From the NCBI RefSeq assembly GCF_004010195.1, contig NC_057719.1, positions 78,779,623 to 78,843,622 on the forward strand: 64,000 bases of DNA, given 5' to 3'. The notes under the pieces were generated by a model that saw only the letters and a list, made by a program, of their open reading frames with translations, was not told where the DNA came from and ran no database searches. The position numbers and the translations under genes were made by a program. Shown one piece after another: positions 24,217-37,392 of the stretch; within the stretch, counting starts at the first letter, position 1; every line of letters starts with the position of its first letter. Origin of the DNA: Chiloscyllium plagiosum. Taxonomy: Eukaryota.

Positions 24217-26021
24217 GTAAGAAGGAAGGGTTGATGTTTGGTGTTGAAAGAAACTGGTCGTTGAGTGGAATGGGCACTCTTTCTCTTTTTTTTACTTCCC
24301 TTGTGCTCCTTTTATTTTCTACTTGTAGGTTTATTGTGGTACCAACCTGGTATTTATTAAAGGCCTCATTTCATGCCTGATTTTGGTCAAAACATCTTTC
24401 ATCGTGCTGGGAGTTCTAGCTTTTGGTGCCCTTTCTTTTCCCTCCCAAAGAAAGGAGTTTTCTTTTGCCCCCAGATAATACTTCCTTGAAGATCTCCTGT
24501 TGGTCATTTATGTGCAAGCCTTTGTTCCTCATCCTTTTTCAGCTCAATGAAAATATTCCTCTTCCAAGGTGATATGGTGTGCATGCACCTTTAAGGGACT
24601 CTAAGTTAAATGGTTACACGTCAACAGAATTTGATGTATTAGCCACATTACTTGACTATACTCTGAAGTATCAGAGATATAAGCACATTTACAATATGCA
24701 ACTCCCAGTGAACATTATCTGTATATATTCTTAGCTTCAAATAGAAAACTCAGATTGTTACTTCATTAGTCCTTGAGTATGATTGATGCATTCATGTCTC
24801 AGAGATGAATGTAATACCTTTTCATTCTGTTACATCACCTTTGGTTGCTCTTGGCCCTGCTTAACAACCCACCTTCAATCTAATGATTTAATGATCACTA
24901 TTTCCCAAAGGTTCCCCTTTCTAATGTGCACTCCTTCCTACTTCATTCTCCAGAACTGAGTCCAACACTTTTTTTTTCCCTTCTTTATTAGGCTGGAAAT
25001 ACAATGAGTTAGAAATTACCGTCTACATATTTCAGGAATTCTGCCCCATCCTTGGTATTTACATTTATTTTTCCTCAGTTTAGATGTAAATAACTTCTGC
25101 CCCACCCTCTCCCATAATCACTTGCTTTTTTGATTTTCGGAAATGTATTGATGGGTTTGCTTCTCCATCGGTAGAAGTGGGATGGGGCAGTTCAGGATTG
25201 GCGATTGAGGGAAGGGTGGGTTGAAAGTGGCTGAGGTTAAGACAGGTCAAGAACGGGGATCTGGGGTGGAAGTTAATGGGGTGTTAATCAAAGGGGTGAA
25301 TCAAAGGGAGTCGCAGTAATGAGAGGGCTGAGAGCTCTGATCGTGGATGAGGTGTTACATTTGGCAAGGCCAGGAACAGGCTGCCTCATAAGACTAAAAG
25401 TCGAAGGAGCTAAAATAGGCCATCAAGTCAGCTCTGCTTTTCAATGATATCATGACTAAGGAATAATTACATAAATATTAAAAGCAAGGTGGTGCTGGAC
25501 ACAAACCAAATAGTTGGAATAACAGTATTTATCTCTCTGCCTCAATTAATCGGATTATAGGTCATCCCTTCACTTGCTATTCACCTGTTGACACTTTACT
25601 CACACCATCTGACACTTTTGATCACCTGCAGAGACTATTGTTCAGCTTGTCAACATTCCACTCAGACCATTTGTATCTACTTTTGATTAACCGACTCACT
25701 CCTGGTCCCAATGGTGCCGGTTTATAAAAAGTGTACTTACATTGTTGTTGCATATCAGACTTTCTGTCTTGTAATCAGGATAGTTATCGGTGACTTATGG
25801 GTGATCCATGCAGTTCACCTTGAACTGGACGTAGGGACTGTACAAGTAGTATAGTTGGTTGTCTAGCTTTGGACCATTCTGAGGAAATACGACATAATGC
25901 TCCATAAATCCCAAGTTCTTTCCTCAGTCACATTGAATGAATCTCTTCTTGGAAACAGCGTATTGACATTTGCTTGCTTTTGCATCAAAGATTATCCTCC
26001 CTCTGTCTTGCATGTTTGAAG

Positions 26022-26147
26022 CAAAGAGCTCAACCAGCAGCGTGTCAAGAGATGGGGCTTCTCCTTCGATGAGATGCTAAAGGACCCCGCGGGGCGAGAC
26101 CAATTTCTGAAGTTTCTGGAATCCGAGTTCAGCTCTGAGAATCTGAG
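26022..26147 (+). CDS. RGS6: RGS6 exon ([42 protein letters not shown]), start of RGS domain
   Basis: ttgaag|CAAAGAG...CTGAG|gtaagg; 126 nt, phase 2 to 2; AAG acceptor. Confidence 0.96.
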
Positions 26148-26419
26148 GTAAGGTGATCATCGCTGCACTGAAGGAACATCAAATTAGCAATGCCAGTACC
26201 CCAGTGAATTGCTGCATTAATTGATTATCCAAAGTAAGATTACACTCAAGAAATTTACAACAGGGGAAGGAGAAAACATTTGTATAGTTGTTTTGAGGCT
26301 GTGGAATTCACCACCAGAGTTAATAATTGAAATAATAGCAATATCAACATCTCAGAATAAGTTAGATTTGAGGTTAGAAAGGACAAGCACATGGTTCTGC
26401 CAATAATGACAAGTACATC

Positions 26420-26552
26420 TCATTCCTGATGAAGGGCTTTTGCCAGAAACATCAATTTTCCTGCTCCTCGGATGCTGCCTGACCTCCTGTGCTTTTACAG
26501 CACCACTCTAATCTTGACTCTGATCTCCAGCATCTGCAGTCCTCACTTTCGC
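26420..26552 (+). mobile_element. Solo PLE pseudo-LTR (family A) beginning at the hammerhead
   Basis: CTGATGA-A-GGGC(TTTT)GCCA-GAAACATC from 26426; 10-bp TSD CAAGTACATC at 26410-26419 and 26553-26562. Confidence 0.85.
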
Positions 26553-26764
26553 CAAGTACATCCGTGTTACTGTTCATATGGGGAATGAGTACCAATGCAG
26601 ACTGGTCGTGTCAAACTGCTGTTTCAATGTTGTAACTCTATTTTTAAGCAGCTCTTGAGGATTGGGCTCTCCTGGCACATTGGTAGTGTCCTTACTGTTG
26701 AGCAAGGAGACAAGGGTTCAAGTCCTACCTGCTAAGGTATATGCTAATATTTCTGAGCAGGTTA

Positions 26765-27240
26765 TACTCCCCACTTGCCTGGAGGGTGCAGCTCCAACAG
26801 CACTCAAAGAGCTTGACACCATCCAAGACAACGCAGGCCGCTCGATTGGCACCACATCCACAAGTACATAATCCCTCCACCACCGACGCTCAGTAGCAGC
26901 AGTGTGTGCCATCCACTGCAGTAGCACTGCAGGAATTCTTCAAAGGTTCTCAGACCAAACCTTCCAAACCCACAACCACTTCCATCTAGAGGGACAAGGG
27001 CAGCACCACCTGCAAGATCCCCTCCAAGGAATTCATCGTCCTGACTTGGAGACGTATTGTTGTTCCTTCATTGTTGCTGGGTCAAAATTCTGGAATTCCC
27101 TCCCTAAGAGCATTGTGGATCAACTCAGGTGGACTGCAACCGTTCAAGGAGGTAGCTCACCACCACCTTTTCAAGGGGTGGTGACACGGGATCAACAATA
27201 ACCCTGCTGGCCAGCCAGCAATGTCCATGTCCCACAAGTG
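26765..27240 (+). mobile_element. 3' fragment of second LINE family
   Basis: APTALKELDTIQDNAGRSIG; AGSKFWNSLP; same 3' end as 8520-8635. Confidence 0.7.
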
Positions 27241-29339
27241 GAAGGTTATTGGCAAAATATCAAAAGCAACCCCTGGTATGGCACTAAGCCTTGCAGACTG
27301 AGAATCCCGGGCTTAGTATTAACTGAGCTAACTGATGTCATTGGTATGCCTGCGTGACTGAATTGCCACACCTCCCTGTTGTCCAATGCCTCATTTAAAA
27401 AAAGCTGAGATGCAAACATCAGGTAAAGACAAGATCAAACACCAGTCTGCTCTTTTATGGCTGATAGTCTTGTTTAACATTCATTGTGAAGGCTCTAGAA
27501 TTAAAGATGGACTTTGTACCTATGGAACTGTACCCTAGAATAATGTTCTTACTTCAAAATGCTGGAATCTAAAGTTATTAACAGGGCTGTATACACAGTA
27601 ACATTTTGGGCAAGATTTCACAGTGGTATTGATGGTGACACCATCAGTGATTGCCATCATAATCCTGCAAAAATTGGTATGTATTTCTCACATGTGGGAC
27701 TTCAGACAATACTGTCAGAGTTTCTCTATTCCTCCACAAAGTGTGTTGTAAGAGTTCCTGTATTCTTTAGAAATCACCAAGTTAAGAAGAATACTTCTTT
27801 TCATGCTAACATCGCTGTTAAACCTCACTGAAAATGTTACTAGAACATTGAACAATACAGCACAGTACAGGCCCTTCAGTCCTTGACGTTGTGCCAGCCT
27901 TCTATCCTATTTTAAGATTGGACTAACTTACATACCCTTCATTGCACTAAGTTCCATGTGCCTATCCAAGAGTCACTTCAATGTTATTCTTTGCTAATGA
28001 GTTGTAACTGTTTTTTGACAGAGTGAAGTCAGAATTATACTGAACTACCTCTCTGACTGTTGAGAATTTTTTAGTTTTTGTATTTTGTCAAGTTTTTCTT
28101 TATGATAAAAAAGTTTTTTGTTTGTAATACAAAAACAATTCTAGGTTTGTTGATATTTCAGCTGCTAGTTATTATTAATTCCATATGAAATTGCTTAAAA
28201 TGGAGGGATAATCAGCTTGTTTTGTTTCCATGTTTGCTGTTCTTGTGAGAATTTGCCAATGTAATATCGCTGCTTAATGACATCAGTGTTGCTGGATGCC
28301 TAGAGATCCTTTTGACTCAGTAAGAGATTCAAAATCACTTCAAAAGAAGGTGTAATCAGCAGCACAGAGACTGCTGGAGTTCTGCGTGCCACCACCTTTA
28401 AGGTGGGCACTATCACTTTGCCACTAATCACAGAATCCAACTCAATATCTGCTAGTTTAGCTCTTTACCATCACACTCCATTTGCTGTCCACCCGTCTTC
28501 AGCATTATCAGTTCAAACCAGTTATCTGACTGGTTGAATGTCAGGAAGTGATTGTTATTAGACTGATATAACTTACAAAATTTGTTTGTTACTGGTTCTG
28601 TCCTCTGCAGAAACATATGCATGTATTTTAGTCCAAGTAGATTGCATTAGGAAACAGCGATGTTTTGTCTAAAAAAAAAGTCAGTGTTTTGTTCAGGATT
28701 ATTGAACTAAATTTTAAACTTTATGTCCTGCTGCTGCACTTTTTTGAGGAAGCATGCAATAGCAAAAGAGCTGTATACAAGGTTATCATTTCTACTGTAA
28801 AGAGGGTAAAAAAGAATTCAAAACACTACCGAAAATGATAGATTATTGTGAAAGATATTAAGACTTGACTGAATATCTGTTTCTGACACATTAGTATTCA
28901 CATTCAGAAGAATTATTTTCAACAACATCTCAGTGATCAGCAGTATTTTACAAATCTGTGTTGCAGCCTATTGAAGAGAATGAGAATGAATTTGACTGAG
29001 GTTACCAAGACACTACCATTTAGGGACAATTGTCAGAAATTACATGTCTTTATCTCAACAATCACCATTTAACAGTCACAGAGGTAGATATAGAATGCCT
29101 CAGACAGGTTTAGTTCAATTCTCCAGATACAGGTATCATTAACAAGCTGAGCAGTTATTGTGTGTCTCTAGTTACCCTGAAGAAGATGATGCTGGACCTT
29201 CTCCTTGAACTATTCCAGTTGGATTGACAGAAGTGAAACGTAGGGAGTTCCAGATCTTTAACCCAGCAGTAATGCATCTCCAAATCAGGATGGTGTGGGA
29301 TTTGGAGGAGAAGGTGGAGGTCTTATCTTTTGAGTTTGT

Positions 29340-30607
29340 AGGTGTGGAGTTGTGTGGATAGTGAGGAAAATTGTCAAAGTATACATCAGGACATAGATCA
29401 GTTGGATGGAGAAATGGCAGATGGAGTTTAATCCGGACAAGGGTGAGGTGTTGCATTTGTGAAGTCAAATGTGAGAGAAAAGTATACAGTAAATGGTAGG
29501 ACTGTTACAAGCATTGATATACAGAGGGATTTTGGGGTGCAAGCCCATAGCTCCCTGAAAGTGACAGCACAAGTAGATAAGATGGTAAAGAAGGCGTATG
29601 GCATGCTTACTTTCATCAGTCATGGCATTAAGTCTAAAAGTTGTCAAGTCATGTTGCAGCTGTTTAAAGCTTTAGTCAGGCCACATTTAGAGTACCGTGT
29701 GCAGTTCTGGTCATCATGCTGTAAGAAGAATGTGGAGGCTTTGGAGAGGGTGCAGAAGAGGTTTACTGGTATGTTGCTTGGATTGGAGTGTATTAGCTAT
29801 AAGGAGAGGTTGGACAAACTTGGATTGTTTTCACTGGAGCCTTAGAGACTGAGGGACAACCTTACAGAAGTATGTAAAATTAAGAAAGATATGGATAGAG
29901 TAAGTAGTCAGAGTCTTTTTCTCAGGGTAAATGTCAAATATTAGGTTTAAGGTGAAAGGGGAAATGTTTAAAGGAGATGTGCAAGGCAAATTTTACTTGC
30001 AGAAGCGACAGATGCCTGGAACGCGCTGGCACAGGAGGTGATAGAACCAGATATGATAGCAAATTTGAAGAGGCATTTAGACAGACACATATGCAGGCAG
30101 AGAATACAGGGCTACAGACTATGTACAGGCAAAGAATAAAAGGGCTACGGACTATGTACAGGCAGAGAATAGAGCTACAGACTACGGGCAAGCAGAGAAT
30201 AAAGGGCTACAGACTATGTGCAGGCAGAGAATAGAGGGCAAAGGACTATGTGCAGGCAGAGAATAGAGGGCTACAGACTGTGTGCAGGCAGAGAATACAG
30301 GGCTACAGACTATGTGCAGGCAGAGAATAGAGGGCTACGGACTGTGTGCAGGCAGAGAATACAGAGCTACAGACTATGTACAGGCAGAGAATAGAGGGCT
30401 ACGGACTGTGTGCAGGCAGAGAATACAGGGCTACAGACTATGTGCAGGCAGAGAATAGAGGGCTACGGACTTCGTGCACGCAGAGAATAGAGGTCTACGG
30501 AGTGTGTGCAGGCAGAGAATACAGGGCTACGGACTGTGTGCAGGCAGAGAATAGAGGGCTATGGACTATGTGCAGGCAGATGGAATCAGTTTAGTTCTAT
30601 GTTCTAC
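29340..30607 (+). mobile_element. CR1/HER1-like LINE 3' part containing a minisatellite expansion
   Basis: ORF 29459-29845 LFKALVRPHLEYRVQFWS...LERVQKRFT; ends GTTCTATGTTCTA. Confidence 0.88.
30090..30580 (+). repeat. 32-bp minisatellite, about 15 units (consensus TGTGCAGGCAGAGAATAGAGGGCTACGGACTA)
   Basis: CAGGCAGAGAAT recurs about every 32 nt from about 30094 to 30573. Confidence 0.95.
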
Positions 30608-32864
30608 GCAAGCACCTTTATTAAATATAAAACTCAGTGGTAAGGTGAAGCCCTGGGTTGCATGTTTAATTACATTTAATTCACAATTATATCTCGAGTC
30701 CTCATAGAATGGCACACTGCTTTTCAAACCAATGTTTTACCTCTGAGGTCCTTTACAGAAATAAACTTCAGTCCCTTCTCTGGTGTTGTCACTTAGAATT
30801 CATCTTTGGAAGCAGTTAGACATCAAGGATTGAATTAAGCAGCTGCAGGCGCTCTACACTGTTGAAAATTGCCTAATATGGCAGCAATGCTTCTTCAAAG
30901 CAGGATAGAATCCTGTTATTTAACAAAACTTGAAATCTGTCCAGCTGAAGTTTGAATCTTAAAGTGTTAAAGTGGACAATTACGTTGAGCAATAGGCAAA
31001 GTAGACAAATTACAAATAATAAGGTTAAAATTACTGCCCCCACAACTTTCAATCACCGCCATTGTCTCTGTCCAACAGAGCCAAACAGAGTTCTTGCCAC
31101 ATTAATGGTGAAATTAGGGCAGCTGCGAGTTTGGGAAAATTCAGGACCATTAGCTTATGTCATTCAGCTATAAGAATTTTATATTTTCCACCACTGGGGG
31201 TCAGCCTATCATAGTTATTACAATTACAATTCAAATTTGATAATGATCTAACAAAGTTTGTTCTTGAGTGATCTGACTTTAGAGATTGAATTGTCAGAAT
31301 TATTTAGCTAACCTAGGGATATTTGTTCAGTTCCTTTCTGTTAATAAAAAAAAGACCTTACTTTTTGTGCAAAGAAATTTTAATTATCTTGAAATTCAAA
31401 GGGAGGCATTTTGAATTCAGCGGGCTATATATCCAGCAAATCCCTTCCAGGGTTACCTCACTTGTAAGGTCAGTTGACAGTGCTTGTTTTATACGTGTAC
31501 CTGCACTCATTACAAGAATGGAGAGGGTCAAATGGCCTGCCTTAATATTTTCCCCCCGAGTTACCTCAGTATCCTTCCAATGAATGTGTCAAATTGACTC
31601 TGAAATTGAGTTCAGGATTTTTGCTCACATGACACACTCTGAGAATTTACTTCATCCTGTTGGCCACACTTTTGGTGAAAATGAATTTTGTGATATAAGT
31701 CTGAAAACTTCATTTTCTAGTGTGAGTCCGTCTCTCCCAGTGCTGCTGTTTCGTATGTTCGGGGTATAATGCTGTCTAGTCTTTCCCAGATTATTGCTGC
31801 AGGAGTTGCTGGAACTATCTGCTAGAATTCTTGACCAACTACTTGATGTATGAGCTGCCGAAGGCTATGGAAGGGGCTGGTGTTGTCGGATGCTCTAGCG
31901 AAGCAGTGACGTCATCCCCTGGATATGGGGTCCCTCAAGCTCCTGCCGGTGCAGTGGCCTGGGAATGGGTTTGTGAGGGTCTGTGGTGAAGAGCGAAAAT
32001 ATCCACAGAAAAGGGGCAGCGCAGTCGGTGAGGACTTCACATTTCTTCATGTGCCTATTTGGCAGCACCAGCCTGGGTGCTGTTAAACGATTGCCATTGC
32101 AGACTTACTGACTGTGATGGCTCGGTCTCCCCCATCTCCTGAGCAATGGAATGCCTCTTCCTCTGCAGCAGTGAGGTCCTTTCAGTTCTCCTCCATGACA
32201 AAGTGTAGATTTATTAACATGGCACCTAATTCCCCCCACCCCCTCTCTGTCTGCACACATTCCAACCCATTGGTGGTAGATTGGCCACACACCAGCTAAA
32301 CTCTCAGATGCTATGGCCTCAACTGCCATTGCAGCATTGAAGTTGATCTCGCATTTATCTGCAGCCCTAGCTGCTCACTCACCTATTGCATGATGACACC
32401 ACAAGAGATCCTTTAGTTAGAGGGGACCGTGCCATTTCCCTTTGTGCATCAGAACAGGTCATTGACCCTTTCTCCTGCAATACACCCAGGATTTTTGATG
32501 GATTTCACAGTGACACACCTCCTCTGCAGTCTCCATCCTGGCCATCAATCTCAGGCTTCAATGTGGGTCTTCCTTTGTCAACTGTGGCAAACAGCACTCC
32601 CTGGTGGCCTGGAGGAGAATCTGCAGCAAAGTGCCATCAAGCCGTGGGGCTGGTCTCTAAGTACAGTTTAAGAGGCCCGGGCGTAATTGGGAAATGGGTG
32701 GAGGGGCTGACCAGGACATGAACAAACACGAGGGGAGGGAGTAATGTGTGTCGACAGCCTTCAACATTAAGTTCAACAATTTATGACTGTAAACAATTGT
32801 TTCCCCATTTTGTTTCATTTTCACACTTGCTCCAGGCACATATTTCGTTTCTTTTCTAGCCCCA

Positions 32865-33225
32865 TCTTTTTTTTAATCCACTCATAGATGTGGGCATCTC
32901 TGGCTCGGCCAGCACTTTTTTGCCCATCCTGAATTGCCTAGAGGACAGTTAAGAGTCAGCCACGTTGCTGTGGATCTGGAGTCACATGTAGGCCAGACCA
33001 GGTAAGGATGGCAGATTTACCTTCCCAAAAGGATATTAGTGAACCAGACGGGTTTTTCCTGACAATTAACAATGGATTCATGGTCATCATTAGACTCCTA
33101 ACTCCAGAATCCTGTTACTGAATTCAAATTCCATCATCTTCCATGGTGGGATTTGAACCTGGGTCCCCAGAATATTAGCTGAGCTTCTGGATTAACGATC
33201 TAGTGATGATACCACCAGGCCATTG
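32865..33225 (-). mobile_element. Second tRNA-derived SINE family, near full length
   Basis: Reverse complement has head GGCCTGGTGGTATCATCACTAG..GGTTCAAATCCCACC and a 3' end GGATGGGCAAAAAAGTGCTGGCC..GCCCACATC shared with the second LINE family. Confidence 0.75.
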
Positions 33226-34521
33226 CCTCTCTTCCCTTTTGCCCTAGAGGGTGTCAGTCAATCTCTCCCACCTTCCACCCTATCACAGATCTTCCTTTGG
33301 TCCTTGTTCCACCCATCCCTTGCTCAAAGCACATTGTCTGTCTCACCTTTCCAAATTCTCACAGAAGATCAGAGACGGAAACCCCTAACTCCGTTCCCGT
33401 CTCGATGCAGATGCTGCCTGTCCTGCTCAGTACTTTTCCCGCAACATTTTCTGTTTTTACTTCAAATGTCTAAAGAGCTCGAGCTTGATTTTGGCAGATC
33501 AAGACTGCATTGTGCATGTTAAACAAACCAATATTATTAGTATGATGGGTGGTTTCAGGCTTGGCTTGACAATGAGAAGATACAGTGTGTTTTCTGTAAT
33601 GGATGCTCAAGGATTGAAACTTGTATGGATGAACCAAAGATGCCCGAATTATGGAGGCTGATTTTCAGACCTTGTTTGTTTCGAGAGAATGCCTCCTTTC
33701 TCAAGGGCAGATGGGTGGTGCACACATTCCCCTTCCTAGTTCAGAGCTTGTGAGAGTCCAGGTCAGATTCACAGAGTACAAATAGCTCCCTCTTCCCTTC
33801 AAGCTCTCCAGATGAAAATGGTTTTAGGCTGTCTCGAATGGTTCCTGGTGGGAGACTATCCACAGCACAAACAAGGCATTAAGATCAACAATCTCACCGA
33901 CCCTGCATAGAACGTGGGGTAAGGTTTTTTTTAGGTTTAGGTTTTATAGTCACATGTACTCAAGGATTACAGTGAAGCATGTACGATATCGCCAATCTTA
34001 GGTACAAAGGTAGCTAGGTACAAAATCTTATGTACAAAACTGGAAAAATACCCTTAGAAAATGCGTGTTTATTTGTTACATAAGTATCAAGAGGTGAGGG
34101 GAGAGGAATGTTTGATAAATAGTCATGAACCATGAGGCTGGATGAGGAAGTACAATTGCTCTGCAGTTGGCCAGTCGAAGTTAGGAGGGTGGCCCTGTTA
34201 GAGAGAGACAGGAGAGCCATCAGACTTGGCATTCAATCTGACTTGGCACCTCTTAGCCGAATGGTGTGTGAATGGCACCTTAAAGCACTGGAGAAGGACA
34301 TGTCTTTGTTGCAATCTTCCAAATCCAGTGGCTCAGAGGCTGGTGCAGTAACAGTATCACTCTCCCATGCCAGTTCACCTAGAATCAAGGTTTAAGTCAC
34401 TCTCAGCTCCCCATGGCAGTACACACCTTCAGTACTCCTAACCTTTCCAAGCAACTGCTCAACTTGGATCTCTATGGCCTTAAGCTGGTAGGAGGCTCTT
34501 GGGAGGAAAGCAGTCTCCTCC

Positions 34522-34865
34522 AGTGGCACGATGGCCTACTGGTTAGCACTGCTGCCTCATAGCTCCAGGGTCCCTGGTTCAATTCCAGCCTCAGTGCCTG
34601 TCAATGTGGAGTTTGCACATTCTCCCCGTGTCTGTGTGGATTTTCTCCAGGTGTTCCACTTTCCTCCTGCAATCCAAAAATGTGCAGGTTAAGTGAATTG
34701 ACCATGCTAAATTATCCATAGTGTTCAGGGATGTACTATATAGGTTAGGTGTATGAGTCAGGAGTAAATGTAGGGGGAGTGGGTCTGGGAGGTATACTGT
34801 TCGGAGGGTCAGTGTGGACTTATTGGGCCGAAAGGCCTGTTTCTACACTGTAGGGATTCTAATTC
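34522..34865 (+). mobile_element. HE1/V-SINE-type SINE
   Basis: GGTTAGCACTGCTGCCTCA..GGTTCAATTCC..GGCCGAAAGGCCTGTTTCTACACTGTAGGGATTCTA. Confidence 0.87.
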
Positions 34866-36209
34866 AGAGAGGGAATTCTAATTCAGGGGAGTCCTCAAAG
34901 CGCTGCTGCAGAGTTCTAGTGTGCCTGCTGCCTCATGGGAGAGCCTGGCTTGTGACTGATCAAAATGGCAAAAGCGTGTTTCGGTGGAGAGATTATATCA
35001 GCGATGTGGAGCACTGAGACAAAGATGTCAGAGGGAATGTGCTCCAGGTAGCCCATTGGACCAATGCCCCAAGAACTCCCTGCCCCATGTGTTGCAGTTC
35101 TCATGTTGAACTTATCAACCCTTTTGGAGTCCGTCAGACCGGAGTGCACGCCACTCATCCTCAATCCTGACCGACAGCCTGAGAAGAAAGAGTTGGGTTT
35201 GAGGCCATGCAGTGCTCAACAAGATGCTAACAGCTCCCGTGAAGCTTCATATAACGCATTCATTTATCTTTGCTTCAATCTCGATTCTCTAAAGTTGCAG
35301 CGATCATCTATTAATTTCCCACTTTGAAAGGAAGAGAAGCATACTCTCTGGGGTCAGGTTGAAGTCAAGATGAGATATCTAGCAATGGAGAATTAGGATC
35401 TAGCAGCCCTGATAATTTGCTATAGGAACCAGAAAGGATTCCAGGCAGTATTCCAAGGTATTGATAATGATTGATGTCCATAGTTGATGATCAGTGAATG
35501 CTGGACTTGGCATTAAGGACTGAGTTTCTTCCCATTCAGCTTCAAGGAACCCTACAAGCCATTCTGCCTGTAGATAGATTCTCCATAACTTGGCATGGAG
35601 CACAAAGTTCATCAATGTATATTGGATCTGAAAGGGTTAACACTGAGGAATGCCATAATCACCACCCACCACAAATGTCATATGCACTTGTGGGCAGAAC
35701 ACCTTAGGATCTTGAAAGAGTGAGACGTAACTTTGGATTCTCTCTGTAACAATCTGCATCATGTCAATGCAAATTATAACTGGATGCTAATGTGCAATAA
35801 ACTATGTTTTGTTAACTACAAGAGATTATTCTCATTAGATTAGGAAGTATTCTTCTTCTCCTTCACTTGACCAAGCAGACTCTGTGGTTTCTTACATCTA
35901 AAGAGGATACGGGTAGCATTGCCCACGGTGAGCAACTTGTGAGTTGGCATGTCTATTCTGCACTGTGAGCCAGTGATTTCTGTTGTTTTAGGTGGTTAAA
36001 TCCCCACAGCGTCCCAACATATGTCTCCAGACTTAGTTTTTTAATGACAAATATCTCTGAACTCATACAAATAATAAGTGGCCCTCAAGATAGAGACTCC
36101 AATAGTGGGCAAACAGAAACTACCAAGTTTCAACAATTCTGGACACCTGCCTGACCAAAATAAAACCACTACTTTTTACATCCAAACAGTCAAAAGCAAA
36201 ACATAGCAA

Positions 36210-36505
36210 GACTGACATTTATACGGTGCTCCTCGCCATCACCAGGCATTTCAAAAGCATTTTACAGATAATTAATTATTCTGAAGTGCAGCTTTGTTAT
36301 AATTTAGAAGCAGCTGCCAATTGTGCCCACACTGAACTCCCACATACAAAATGACCAGATGAAATGTTTTGTCACAATAGTTGCAGGATAAATATTGGAC
36401 AAAAGAGAGAACTCCCCTGCTCTTCTTTGAACCAGTGCACGGGATCTTTCACAGCCACCCGAGCAGTCAGACAAAGCCACCATTTAATGTCTCCTTTGAC
36501 AGATG
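36210..36505 (-). mobile_element. Ancient Deu-domain-like SINE remnant (a weaker + strand copy at about 20420-20760)
   Basis: GAGAACTCCCCTGCTCTTCTTTGAA...GGGATCTTTCACAGCCACCCGAG resembles the reverse complement of the DeuSINE/SacSINE1 core as I recall it. Confidence 0.5.
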
Positions 36506-36664
36506 TTGGAGACAGTTAAAGCCTCATACTAAGAAGAGCTTCAACCTCTGTTGCAGCCTAAAATGGAGGTTGAAAAGAGGAGAGCTGATTCACTCATCCT
36601 TACTTGGTCATAACTGGATGGTCATACAAAATGATTCAAATCATTTACCCATATTACATGTGTC

Positions 36665-37392
36665 CATACAGTCATAGAGATATACAGCACAGAAATAAAC
36701 CCTTCAGTCCAGCTCGTCCATGCTTACCAGATGTCCTAACCTAATCTAGATTTGGAGATGCCGGTGTTGGACTGGGGTGGACAATGTTAGAAATCACACA
36801 ACACCAGGTTATAGTCCAACAGGTTTATTTGGAAGCACCAGCTTTCGAGGTGCTGCCTCTTTGTCAGGTGTTGTGATTTTTAACTTTAACCTAATCTAGT
36901 CCCATTTGCCAGCACTTGACCCATATGCCTCTAAACCTTTCCTATTCATATACCTGTCCAGGTGCCTTTTAAACATTGTAATTGAACCAGCCTCCACCAC
37001 TCCCTCTGGCAGCTCATTCCATACACACACCATCTTCTGTGTGAAGTTGCCCCTGAGGTCCTTCTAAATTTTTCCCTTCTGACCCTAAACCTATGACCTC
37101 TCACTCTGGACTCCCCTACCGTTTGTCTATTGACCCTATCCATGGCCCTCATGATGTTATAAACCTCTCTGAGGTCACCCCTCAGCTCCAGGGAAAACAG
37201 CCCCAGCCTATTCAGCCTCTCTCTATAGTTCAAACCCTCCAACGTTGGCAACATCCTTGTAAATCTTTTCTGAACCCTTTCAAGTTTCACAACATCCTTC
37301 CGATAGGAGGGAGACCAGAATTGCGCACAATATTCCAAAAGTGGCCTAACCAATGTCCTGTACAGCCGCAACATGACCTCCCAACTCCTATT
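36665..37392 (-). mobile_element. CR1/HER1-like LINE 3' fragment interrupted by a PLE mini-element
   Basis: ORF 36946-37374 [40 protein letters not shown]. Confidence 0.9.
36750..36886 (-). mobile_element. PLE-derived mini-element, family C, degenerate hammerhead on - strand
   Basis: 13-bp TSD TAACCTAATCTAG at 36737-36749 and 36887-36899; reverse complement reads CTGACAAAGAGGCAGCACCTCGAAAGCTG; short inverted end. Confidence 0.7.

Noticed and set aside
30090..30580. CRISPR-like array
   Set aside because: Contiguous tandem units without unique spacers, inside a vertebrate LINE; no cas genes.
31840..32760. Short ORFs in a moderately GC-rich stretch (similar case at 38969-39474)
   Set aside because: No recognisable domain or splice pattern; probably decayed repeats I cannot classify.
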